From an uncultured Candidatus Saccharibacteria bacterium (GTDB lineage Bacteria; Patescibacteriota; Minisyncoccia; Phycocordibacterales; UBA12088), in contig CAYPKR010000001.1 in NCBI GenBank assembly GCA_964411375.1, positions 40,227 to 104,226 on the forward strand: DNA of 64,000 nucleotides, in the 5' to 3' direction. The translations under genes and the position numbers were made by a program. This document shows, one piece after another, positions 19,441 to 27,203 of the stretch (position 1 is its first letter; each line of letters begins with the position of its first letter). The notes under the pieces were generated by a model, which was not told the DNA's origin, made no database searches, and was given only the letters and a program-made list of their open reading frames with translations.

Positions 19441-19649
19441 GATTCTCTCCTAGGAGTAAGTTGTCAGTGTGCGTCTTCGGTCAGAGTATAGAAAATGAGG
19501 AAAAGCACAAGGATTTGGTCGCGACCCGAAAAACAGTATTTAGACACTGTTTTTCCAAAAAAAGGTTTCCCAAACCTTTTTCTTCCGGCCGTTCAAATCC
19601 AGTCCTGCGCACAAAAACAAAAAATCCCCAAAGGGATTTTTTGTTTTTG

Positions 19650-19733
19650 TGCGCAGGACTGGATTTGAACCAGCACGCCGTTGCCAGCGCTACCACCTCA
19701 AGGTAGTGCGTCTACCAATTTCGCCACCTGCGC
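19650..19733 (-). tRNA. tRNA-Leu(GAG)
   Basis: Cloverleaf with long variable arm; CTACC-TTGAGGT-GGTAG; no encoded CCA. Confidence 0.95.
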
Positions 19734-19745
19734 AGTCCTCCTATA

Positions 19746-20333
19746 TTACTTATCTTCAGAAACTTCGCCAACTTCTTCTGCCTTCACTTCTTCAAGTGGC
19801 ATTTCCTCAGCGGCAGCCTTGGCTGCGGCTTCGGCAGCTGTCTTTGCTTCTGCAGCAGCCGCTTCAGCTGCTTCTTTTTCTGCCTGAATAGCAGCCTGTG
19901 CTTTTGCTTCTTCTTCGGCAGCACGCTTTATCGCTTCCTTATCTTCAATATCGCTTCCAGTTGAAGTCATTTTACCGAGAGCACGAGCGTGCTTCATTTG
20001 CTTACGAATCTCCTTCGCTGCCTTTTCGCGGATGTAATAGAGCTTCGCACGGCGAACCTTTGAGCGCTTTACGACTTCAATCTTGTCGATCATTGGAGAA
20101 TAGAGGGGAAAGGTCTTTTCAACTCCAACTCCGTCAACCACGCGGCGGACAGTGAAAGTTGCACCCGCCTGCTTGCCGCCTTTGTGGGTCAAAACGAGTC
20201 CCTCAAACATCTGGAGACGAGTCTTTCCTTTTTCCTGAATTTTCTGATGCACGCGAACAGTATCCCCCGCTTTGATTTCGAGGGTTTTGCGCTTTTCGGT
20301 ATTGATGGGCGATATGACTGCGGTCGATTTCAT
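19746..20333 (-). CDS. rplS: 50S ribosomal protein bL19 with Ala/Glu-rich C-terminal extension
   Basis: [39 protein letters not shown]. Confidence 0.97.
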   Translation of the reverse strand: MKSTAVISPINTEKRKTLEIKAGDTVRVHQKIQEKGKTRLQMFEGLVLTHKGGKQAGATFTVRRVVDGVGVEKTFPLYSPMIDKIEVVKRSKVRRAKLYYIREKAAKEIRKQMKHARALGKMTSTGSDIEDKEAIKRAAEEEAKAQAAIQAEKEAAEAAAAEAKTAAEAAAKAAAEEMPLEEVKAEEVGEVSEDK

Positions 20334-20412
20334 AGTGGTGAGACTGTACCACAAAGAAAAAGGAGGTGCAACGCGCTATGGTGCACCTCCATCCATGCCG
20401 AAAGATCTAGGC

Positions 20413-20643
20413 CTACGTTGTGGTAAGTGGCGTACCATACAACCCAGTACCATCAGGCTCGTCCGGTTTCCATTGGAGAAGAGGAAAAGAGGCTGCTTCG
20501 GGCTTTGGATGCGGAATCAATGTCCCGATAACCTGCCCATCAGCGATTAATGTAACCTCCTCTGTCAGAGCTATACCGCCACTAACTCGAGCAACAAGCG
20601 TGTCTAATCTGAGACAATGAGGGCCAATCTCGCCGTTCGCCAT
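20413..20643 (-). CDS. Small hypothetical protein, possibly Phd/YefM-like
   Basis: GGAGG ribosome-binding site; LDTLVARVSGG..EEVTLIADGQVIGTLIP pattern. Confidence 0.55.
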   Translation of the reverse strand: MANGEIGPHCLRLDTLVARVSGGIALTEEVTLIADGQVIGTLIPHPKPEAASFPLLQWKPDEPDGTGLYGTPLTTT

Positions 20644-20685
20644 CGGAATTCCTCCGCATGAGTTCGAACCTCACAATACCATTCA

Positions 20686-21414
20686 CTACGCTTCATGCAA
20701 TTCGTTAAATTGGGTGAGCGCGTTTTGAAAATCTTCTGGAAGTGGTGCTTCGAATGTTCTCACTTCTCCGTCGGGGAGAGTAAGTGTGAGAGAACGCGCA
20801 TGAAGCGCGAGTCGTTCAAAGCCGAATGCAGTGGGCATGTTGGCTGCATAGAGTTTGTCGCACACGACCGGATGATTGATCGCTTTCATATGAACGCGAA
20901 TCTGATGCGTGCGTCCTGTTTTTGGTCTTGCTTCAATACATGAAAATCCTTTGATTGATTTAAGTACGGTGTATTCGGTAACCGCTTCGCGCATTTCTCC
21001 TTTTGCGCCACGCTGTGCCGACCATCTGCGGAAATCGCTTGCTGAACGACCGATCGGTCGATCGATTACTCCTTCCGTTTCTTTGAAGTTTCCGTATACG
21101 AATGCGTTGTAGATTTTCTTCGCTTCACGATTTTGAAATTGTGATTTAAGAAAAAGAAATGCGTCTTGGTTTTTTGCAATCACCATAACCCCTGATGTTT
21201 CGCGATCCAAGCGATGGACAATGCCCGGACGATCGATGACTTCTCCGCTTTGGAGTGTGAGTGGTTCGCCGACTCCTTTCATTTCAGGATGCGTCTCAGT
21301 TATCCAATCAACAAGTGTTCGCTCATCAGTACGGCCATCGGGATGTACGACCAGGCTGGCGGGTTTGTTGATAATAATGACGTTGGTGTTTTCGAAGAGG
21401 ATTGTGGGAGACAT
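20686..21414 (-). CDS. RluA-family pseudouridine synthase
   Basis: INKPASLVVHP, IVHRLDRETSG, TGRTHQIRVH, LALHAR. Confidence 0.95.
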   Translation of the reverse strand: MSPTILFENTNVIIINKPASLVVHPDGRTDERTLVDWITETHPEMKGVGEPLTLQSGEVIDRPGIVHRLDRETSGVMVIAKNQDAFLFLKSQFQNREAKKIYNAFVYGNFKETEGVIDRPIGRSASDFRRWSAQRGAKGEMREAVTEYTVLKSIKGFSCIEARPKTGRTHQIRVHMKAINHPVVCDKLYAANMPTAFGFERLALHARSLTLTLPDGEVRTFEAPLPEDFQNALTQFNELHEA

Positions 21415-21505
21415 GATGAGTGCACTATACATTGAAGCAGTGATTGCGGAAATAATCGTCGATGTGTATTGTGGCGCAAGTACATCATCTATAAGGAGGA
21501 ATGGC

Positions 21506-22069
21506 GTGAGTGAGTCTACCGAACCGCATGTCGATGGAAATGACTGGAATATCTTTGCCACATCGCCACAAGTGAGCAATCCTGAGCGATATTCCGATGT
21601 CGCACTCATGAACTTGCTTTCGATGCATGTCAGCCAGCTTAATTCGGTTCGTCAGGCGATCTGGGCGAGATTCACGGCATTTCTAATCGGCAATTCCATT
21701 CTCTTTGCGTTTGCAGGAGGAGCGAATCGCCCCGCTGTGCAACAAGCCACTGGTACAATTTCTGGGGTAATCTTGTGCACCATATGGCTTCTGATGCTTC
21801 GACGGGATAAAAAGTTTTTCCTGTTTCTTATCGAGAGAGCCGCAAGATTCAGATTACTTGCCTTACCAGCGGCAGAAGCAAATCCTGCAAATATATTTCT
21901 CACACGACGAAGTCTTCAGTTTGGAGATTCAATTTATCGTCTGGCGTTTATGGTAGTGTGGATTTTTGTCACCCTCCACTTCATAGTTTTGTATCCAAGC
22001 GTTGAGGAATATATTCAAAAATGGGGAGCTGAGGCATACCAAGGAATATGCCGGCCCATACATTGCTGA
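21506..22069 (+). CDS. 3-TM membrane protein (RipA-like pattern)
   Basis: AGGAGG then GTG; WARFTAFLIGNSILF..ILCTIW.. hydrophobic segments. Confidence 0.6.
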   Translation: MSESTEPHVDGNDWNIFATSPQVSNPERYSDVALMNLLSMHVSQLNSVRQAIWARFTAFLIGNSILFAFAGGANRPAVQQATGTISGVILCTIWLLMLRRDKKFFLFLIERAARFRLLALPAAEANPANIFLTRRSLQFGDSIYRLAFMVVWIFVTLHFIVLYPSVEEYIQKWGAEAYQGICRPIHC

Positions 22070-22078
22070 AATAGAATC

Positions 22079-22103
22079 GAGCCGTCGGGATTACCGACGG
22101 CTC
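22079..22103. terminator. Hairpin between convergent genes
   Basis: GAGCCGTCGG-GATTA-CCGACGGCTC. Confidence 0.65.
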
Positions 22104-22109
22104 TAATTA

Positions 22110-22223
22110 TTAGGAAGATTGGTCTTCCTTTGGTTTTGGATATGTCCAACCATCTATGGTTGCCCATAGCATTATTATTACCAGGACCACAATGATGACC
22201 AAAAAAACCACCGGAAAATTCAT
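22110..22223 (-). CDS. 37-aa single-TM small protein (not in ORF track)
   Basis: GAGGAG then MNFPVVFLVIIVVLVIIMLWATIDGWTYPKPKEDQSS*. Confidence 0.6.
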   Translation of the reverse strand: MNFPVVFLVIIVVLVIIMLWATIDGWTYPKPKEDQSS

Positions 22224-22372
22224 TACAGATCTCCTCAGTCTGAGTGGAACCGATTACCCGCGCATTTGCGAGCAATTCTACCTGGGATTTTACCACAAAA
22301 ATTGGAATTTGCAATGGAGATTGTGTGTTGCGGGGTTTGGTCGCGATATTTAAAGACTTGATCCTTACAGGA

Positions 22373-22431
22373 TCAGTACACCTTGCGGATTTTTTCTTCG
22401 TCCTAGCGGACTCAAAAAAGTCTCGCAAGGT
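22373..22431. repeat. 59-bp direct repeat, copy 1 (tRNA-Val trailer)
   Basis: Identical to 23009-23067; internal CCTTGCG...CGCAAGG stem. Confidence 0.9.
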
Positions 22432-22498
22432 TTTCAAGTCCCTCCGCAGAGTGCCCCGCACTCTGCTAGCGCACACTCTTCGCTCACTGTCGTTCGCT

Positions 22499-22574
22499 TG
22501 GTGCGCGCTGAGGGACTTGAACCCCCGACCTTCTCGGTGTAAACGAGTTGCTCTACCAACTGAGCTAAGCGCGC
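22499..22574 (-). tRNA. tRNA-Val(TAC)
   Basis: Cloverleaf; loop TTTACAC; encoded CCA. Confidence 0.95.
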
Positions 22575-22684
22575 AAATTCGATTCTCGATACTTATCGCG
22601 ATTAAGTCGTTGGGTAAACGGCGAGGCCGCCTCCACCAATAACCTACGTGCGACATAAAAATTGAATGATTTTCAGTCTACAGA

Positions 22685-22722
22685 AAAGTAAGCGCCCCGT
22701 CCACCATTACAGTGGACGGGGC
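22685..22722 (-). terminator. Terminator after the L1-stalk-like RNA
   Basis: GCCCCGTCCAC-7 nt-GTGGACGGGGC, followed by GCTTACTTTT on the minus strand. Confidence 0.7.
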
Positions 22723-22724
22723 TC

Positions 22725-22840
22725 GGATCAGCGTTGCTAATCGTCAAGCGGGTGGTATTGCAAAGGCGAGTCCACGGACGCCAAAACGCCGCTTCGTTCT
22801 CTCCCACCTATCCTACGCACTCGACGTGCGACACAGTCCT
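22725..22840 (-). ncRNA. Stand-alone RNA resembling 23S rRNA helices 76-78 (L1 stalk)
   Basis: GCGTAGGATAGGTGGGAG...GAAG...TGGA...TTGCAATACCACCC closed by CGTCGAGT/GCTTGACG; no flanking rRNA sequence. Confidence 0.75.
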
Positions 22841-22846
22841 GGGTGG

Positions 22847-22875
22847 ACAATATAGGAATTATTGAATTGCATCAA
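22847..22875 (-). promoter_or_regulatory. Predicted promoter of the L1-stalk-like RNA
   Basis: TTGATG-17 nt-TATTGT. Confidence 0.5.
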
Positions 22876-22879
22876 GTGT

Positions 22880-22964
22880 TGGTGCTGGGGAGAGGACTCG
22901 AACCTCCACGCCTTGCGGTGCCTGCTCCTAAGGCAGGTGCGTCTACCAATTTCGCCACCCCAGC
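22880..22964 (-). tRNA. tRNA-Leu(TAG)
   Basis: CCTGC-CTTAGGA-GCAGG; long variable arm; encoded CCA. Confidence 0.95.
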
Positions 22965-23008
22965 ATTTTGTAAATTGTAAGTCGGCAGGAGTTTCGAAGC
23001 TTACAGCT

Positions 23009-23067
23009 TCAGTACACCTTGCGGATTTTTTCTTCGTCCTAGCGGACTCAAAAAAGTCTCGCAAGGT
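23009..23067. repeat. 59-bp direct repeat, copy 2 (tRNA-Arg trailer)
   Basis: Identical to 22373-22431. Confidence 0.9.
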
Positions 23068-23127
23068 CTTCGAATCCTGACGAACAGTCCCCCGGACTGT
23101 TCTCCGGGGCAAAGCGCTTCGCGCTTG

Positions 23128-23199
23128 CGCCCCTGGCAGGATTCGAACCTACATCAACGCCTTAGAAGAGCGCTGCTCTATCCATTGAGCTACGGGGGC
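23128..23199 (-). tRNA. tRNA-Arg(TCT)
   Basis: GCGCT-CTTCTAA-GGCGT; one C-A mismatch in the acceptor stem; no encoded CCA. Confidence 0.9.
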
Positions 23200-23313
23200 A
23201 AAAAAGCCCTGGGAGTGTAAAGCTCTGGGAGAGCTTTACACGAATTCCACCGCAACGGCAGATGCAACCAGAACTTATTCAGCAATCTACCATGCAGTGA
23301 AAAAAATTTCCTG

Positions 23314-23643
23314 CTATCTCGATGGGTCAGAAGGAGTTTGTGGAGTCGAACTACCTCCGCCAAAATTAGCGCCTCTTGCTTGTATGTTGGTGAGTGTCGT
23401 ATTCAATACTTCCCGATTCACTGCAGGCGGTGGAGTAGTAATCGAAGATTGTATTTTATGCTCACCATTTGTCGCAAGGAAAAGTGTTACGTGATACACG
23501 ACAAGCGCGATAATTAAGACGACTATACTTCCAAGCACAATCAGCCAATCACGAACTGGATGCCACAATGCACGATCGGTTTTATTCCCTCTTTTCAGAA
23601 GTTTTTGAAGCGATGCTTTGTCGATGGAGAAATTAAGTTTCAT
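23314..23643 (-). CDS. Pilus-operon membrane protein (PilP position)
   Basis: One TM; last gene of the pilMNO-like run. Confidence 0.65.
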   Translation of the reverse strand: MKLNFSIDKASLQKLLKRGNKTDRALWHPVRDWLIVLGSIVVLIIALVVYHVTLFLATNGEHKIQSSITTPPPAVNREVLNTTLTNIQARGANFGGGSSTPQTPSDPSR

Positions 23644-23645
23644 AG

Positions 23646-24164
23646 TTATTGTGGCAAATGCGGCGCAGTAAAATCAATCAACTCTTGCCAGTGTGATTGA
23701 TCACCTCCCTGTCGATCAAGTCGTACCGAAGTCACGATGAGCGGCACGGGAGAGTGTTCGATGTAATTCAACACCCGATACGTACCTTGCCACGATCCTT
23801 CAGCAGAAATACTAAAGCGATACGATTGCTTGTCAGTCGAACTATCGACAGAGAGTACGCGTACTTTTGATCCGGTGGTCGTACCGAGTCCTTCAATCTG
23901 CTCCAAAAACCCAACCAATTTATCATCATCGAGAAATGCGCCTTCAAGTGTCGCTCGCTCTCCGGAAAGTTCAACAAGAAGTGATTCTGCATTTTTTGCA
24001 TTCTGATCAGACGCTGCGGAGACGGCGAGATCAGCGGCAAGCGCATCAGCCCGAGTTGATTCTTTTTGAATCTGCATAGAGAGCAGTACATACGCGCCGA
24101 TAGCGACGAGTAGTATCGCTCCTGCGACCAGTGCACTCTGTAATGTCTTACCTATCTTGTTCAT
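23646..24164 (-). CDS. PilO-like protein
   Basis: TM, coiled coil, then FSISAEGSWQGTYRVLNYIEHSP; follows pilN. Confidence 0.7.
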   Translation of the reverse strand: MNKIGKTLQSALVAGAILLVAIGAYVLLSMQIQKESTRADALAADLAVSAASDQNAKNAESLLVELSGERATLEGAFLDDDKLVGFLEQIEGLGTTTGSKVRVLSVDSSTDKQSYRFSISAEGSWQGTYRVLNYIEHSPVPLIVTSVRLDRQGGDQSHWQELIDFTAPHLPQ

Positions 24165-24718
24165 GGTTTTTTCGAGGTGTCTGGCGCGACCGTTAATCCC
24201 AGGGTAAATGGGATATGGTCGGCATCAGCAAGATCAGAAACCGGAAGATCAACTTTTGAAAAAGTTGGAATGCTTCGAAGACCAGAAATAAATGCAACCA
24301 GATTGTTTCTTGTCTCCGCAATACCGTTCACCGAAATCGTAATCTGTTTTGGTGATGTCGCTTGATAGTTGATGAGAGAAAAAGTGATGCCTGAAGTTCT
24401 CGCACGAAGAAGCGCTTCGATGTGATCGGTTGGCGTTACCGGATTTGCGTATTCTACGGCGCGATCAAGAAGTGCTTGAATCTTTTTCAGTGATTCCGCA
24501 ACATTCCCTTCCGTTGCACGCGCCGCTGATCCTTCCGCAATTGCTTTTTGTTTTTCAAGCACACTTCGACGCGCACTCGCCGAAATATACGAAGGCAGTG
24601 CCGCGACAATACTAATGATGACAATGCCGATCAGTGCCACTTCGGATACGAGAAGCAGGCGTGCGAGATATTCTCTCGTGAGTCGCTTTTGTGATGACGG
24701 AGGAAGTAGGTTGATCAT
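24161..24718 (-). CDS. pilN: PilN-like protein
   Basis: MINLLP N-terminal motif; TM; NGIAETRNNLVAFISGL. Confidence 0.8.
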   Translation of the reverse strand: MINLLPPSSQKRLTREYLARLLLVSEVALIGIVIISIVAALPSYISASARRSVLEKQKAIAEGSAARATEGNVAESLKKIQALLDRAVEYANPVTPTDHIEALLRARTSGITFSLINYQATSPKQITISVNGIAETRNNLVAFISGLRSIPTFSKVDLPVSDLADADHIPFTLGLTVAPDTSKKP

Positions 24719-24721
24719 AGA

Positions 24722-25852
24722 TTATTCTCTTCCGGATTGCAGTGAGCGGAGCGCAAGTCCGAGTGCAGTTGCATATTGCAGTGATTCTTTTTCTGAAATC
24801 GGCGGTACGTAATCGGACGCAAACGTAACATTCGTCCATACGTTTCCCCGACCGACTGGCATTTTAAGAGACGCGCTCATATATTCAGCGATACCCACAA
24901 TGTTTGCGTTACCGCCGCAGAGTGTTATGTAGTCGATCGACGCACCTTTTTTTGTTTTGTCTGCATCGGTATGCATCGGATGTTGTTTCCAATATTCCGA
25001 GTGGCGAAGTATTTCATCGCGAAGCACCGACATTGCGGAGAGTAGCGCGCCGGAGACACTCTGCTTCCCTTTCAAAAATCCCCGCTCCTGTTTCAGTTGC
25101 TCTGCTTCTTCAAATGATAGCCCTGAATCTTTTTGAATTGCTTTCGTGAGATCGTCGCCACCAATATCCAAGGTTGCAGTGAAGAGAACTGATCCACCCC
25201 CGACAATCGAAATGCCTGCTTTTGTTTTTCCAATATCAACAATGATGACGGTTTCGGTGCCGTCTATCGGAGTGAGTGCGCGAGCACTTGCTTCACCTTC
25301 GATTTCAAGCGAAAGCGGTTTTATACCGGCACTTTGAAGTACGTTTAGATAATCCGCGACTACCTTGCTCGGATATACCGCAACACTTACTTTTTTCATT
25401 CCTGGAGGAGCCGGCAAGACTTTAGGCATTTCATAATCAAAAACCGCATCCGACGGAGAGATCGGCACGTTCTCTTTCATTTGAAACTCGATGATGGTTT
25501 GAATTTGTGCAGGCGTTGATCCTTCAGGAACGTCCGTTTGAAATACGTATGCGTGTTCTTCAGGAAGCGAAATATGCGCGAACTCAAATCCAAGATCGCG
25601 ACGAAACTTTTTTAGAATGGCGCTGAGCTTGTCGCCTTCTTTGATAGTACTTTCGGTGATGATTCCTGCCGGAATTGCGATTTTTCCGAAGTGAGAAATA
25701 GTGGTGCCGCCTTTTCCTTCCGTCAGCCCGATATATTTGATGCTTTCTTCCGAAATATCGATGCCGATCCCGTTCATACTAAGAATGCTCGGCGGTGGAA
25801 ATACCGCGAGGATTCCTGGGAGGAAGGAACTGTGTGTTTGCGTCTGTCTCAT
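24722..25852 (-). CDS. pilM: Type IV pilus assembly protein PilM
   Basis: Actin-like GIDISEESIK, IVDIGKTK, LCGGNA, YATALGLALR. Confidence 0.9.
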   Translation of the reverse strand: MRQTQTHSSFLPGILAVFPPPSILSMNGIGIDISEESIKYIGLTEGKGGTTISHFGKIAIPAGIITESTIKEGDKLSAILKKFRRDLGFEFAHISLPEEHAYVFQTDVPEGSTPAQIQTIIEFQMKENVPISPSDAVFDYEMPKVLPAPPGMKKVSVAVYPSKVVADYLNVLQSAGIKPLSLEIEGEASARALTPIDGTETVIIVDIGKTKAGISIVGGGSVLFTATLDIGGDDLTKAIQKDSGLSFEEAEQLKQERGFLKGKQSVSGALLSAMSVLRDEILRHSEYWKQHPMHTDADKTKKGASIDYITLCGGNANIVGIAEYMSASLKMPVGRGNVWTNVTFASDYVPPISEKESLQYATALGLALRSLQSGRE

Positions 25853-25911
25853 GTGAGCAAATGCGTGACTATTATATCACGCATGTACTTCGCTTCTCTC
25901 TGGAAAACTGT

Positions 25912-26253
25912 TTATTTGACTCGTGTGCCGGGTGGAATCTCGGAATTACCTGCTTCAAGAAGAGAAAAAACTCCGTCCGCAGTCGACGCGGCAAGAATCA
26001 TGCCGTTCGATTCAAGTCCACGAATCACTCTCGGCTCCAAATTTACGAGAAACGGACACTTCTTTCCGACGAGTGTTTGAATGTCTTCAAAGTATGTGCG
26101 GATTCCGGATACAATCTGTCGTACTTCCTCTTCTCCAAAATCAACCGTGAGAAGAAGCAGCTTGTCGGCTCCTTCGACAACTTCCACGGTTTTGATCTCG
26201 CCGATCGCGATATCCATTTTTGACCAGTCATCGACATTGATTCTCTCTTTCAT
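25912..26253 (-). CDS. tRNA-binding OB-fold protein (MetRS C-terminal/Trbp111/CsaA-like)
   Basis: ADKLLLLTVDFGEE, RQIVSGI, NLEPRVIRGLESNGMILA. Confidence 0.9.
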   Translation of the reverse strand: MKERINVDDWSKMDIAIGEIKTVEVVEGADKLLLLTVDFGEEEVRQIVSGIRTYFEDIQTLVGKKCPFLVNLEPRVIRGLESNGMILAASTADGVFSLLEAGNSEIPPGTRVK

Positions 26254-26269
26254 ATTGATGTATTGAAAA

Positions 26270-26665
26270 TTATTCTGTGTCTTTCCGCAAACTGTCCAAG
26301 TAATTTTGGAGAATTAAAGCGGCGGCTGATGCATCGACAAGCGCACCCTTCTCACTCCCCTCTCGACGCGCATGCGCGCTCGAAAGTATCTCACTCCAGA
26401 GAATAACCGGAACATCCAGAAGTTCTTCAAGTGCTTTCTTGAATGCGGCTATCTCTTTCATTACTGGATTTTCGTTCCCCTTAAAATCCCGCGACTCGCC
26501 AAGAATGATTTTTTCAGCCTTCTTCTCAATTACCAGCTTGCCGATTATTCCGAGCGACTCTTTGTTGGTGTCGATAATTGCTTCGGGAAACGCAATAGAG
26601 CCATCTTCATCTGAGATAGCGATGCCGATTCGTTTGGTGCCGTAGTCGATTCCAAGGTAACGCAT
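26270..26665 (-). CDS. ruvX: Pre-16S rRNA nuclease YqgF/RuvX
   Basis: YLGIDYGTKRIGIAISD, VDASAAALILQNYL. Confidence 0.93.
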   Translation of the reverse strand: MRYLGIDYGTKRIGIAISDEDGSIAFPEAIIDTNKESLGIIGKLVIEKKAEKIILGESRDFKGNENPVMKEIAAFKKALEELLDVPVILWSEILSSAHARREGSEKGALVDASAAALILQNYLDSLRKDTE

Positions 26666-26690
26666 ATCGCAGTATGCCTAGTATTTTGAA

Positions 26691-26811
26691 ATGATTCAAT
26701 TAAAAACGCCAGATGCGCGGCGCAGGCGAAGCCCGAAGCGAGTCGTATGAATAATACGACGAGCGAGGACTGGAGACTGCAACAAAGCAGGTGGCGCTTT
26801 TAATGAATCAT
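26691..26811. repeat. MITE/REP-like structured element, copy A
   Basis: Imperfect terminal inverted repeats ATGATTCA..AAAAACGCCA / TGGCGCTTTT..TGAATCAT; related to 61846-61950. Confidence 0.65.
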
Positions 26812-27203
26812 CGATGCGTACAAATATGGAATCCAGAGGATTAGTGCGCCCAAAATAAAGGCGGCGGAAAGGAGGAGGGTCGTTTTCAGTATCTTTTTCA
26901 TAGATGATAATCCGAAGAATATCACACTTCACGCAAGAAACCTGTGGAAATGCGCGTTTCAATGGAAATTATGATGGACTTGCTGCAACCCTGATAATTC
27001 CATTGTCTTCTTGTTCACTAAACCCCTGGTTTACTTGGGTTCAAAGTTGCCAATCTGGCGGTGCAGGTGGGTTAAGTGCCCACCAGTGTCAATCACTGTA
27101 AGGGTTTTTGAGCAATTTTTCCACCTCACGTTTTGAGGCACGCGGGTCGGGCTAAGACTTTGAAATGTGACAAAAGTGACACCATTTGCACTTCTTTGGC
27201 GTG

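Noticed and set aside
22725-22840. Calling the L1-stalk-like segment part of an rRNA operon, or an rplA autoregulatory leader
   Set aside because: There is no flanking 23S sequence, and it is followed by a terminator and tRNA-Val rather than ribosomal protein genes
22015-23112. ORFs 22015-22656, 22244-22642, 22813-23112 and 22862-23080 sharing peptide blocks
   Set aside because: They cross tRNAs, and the shared peptides simply translate the 59-bp non-coding repeat
26860-26883. GGCGGAAAGGAGGAGGGTCG as a duplicated tRNA-Ser 3' end (attL)
   Set aside because: Only loose purine-rich similarity; the 16/18 repeat at 27131/44455 fits the island boundaries better
26815-27130. Short ORFs left of the island (26696-26962, 26904-27101)
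   Set aside because: No recognisable motif or start signal in any frame I read; possibly decayed sequence
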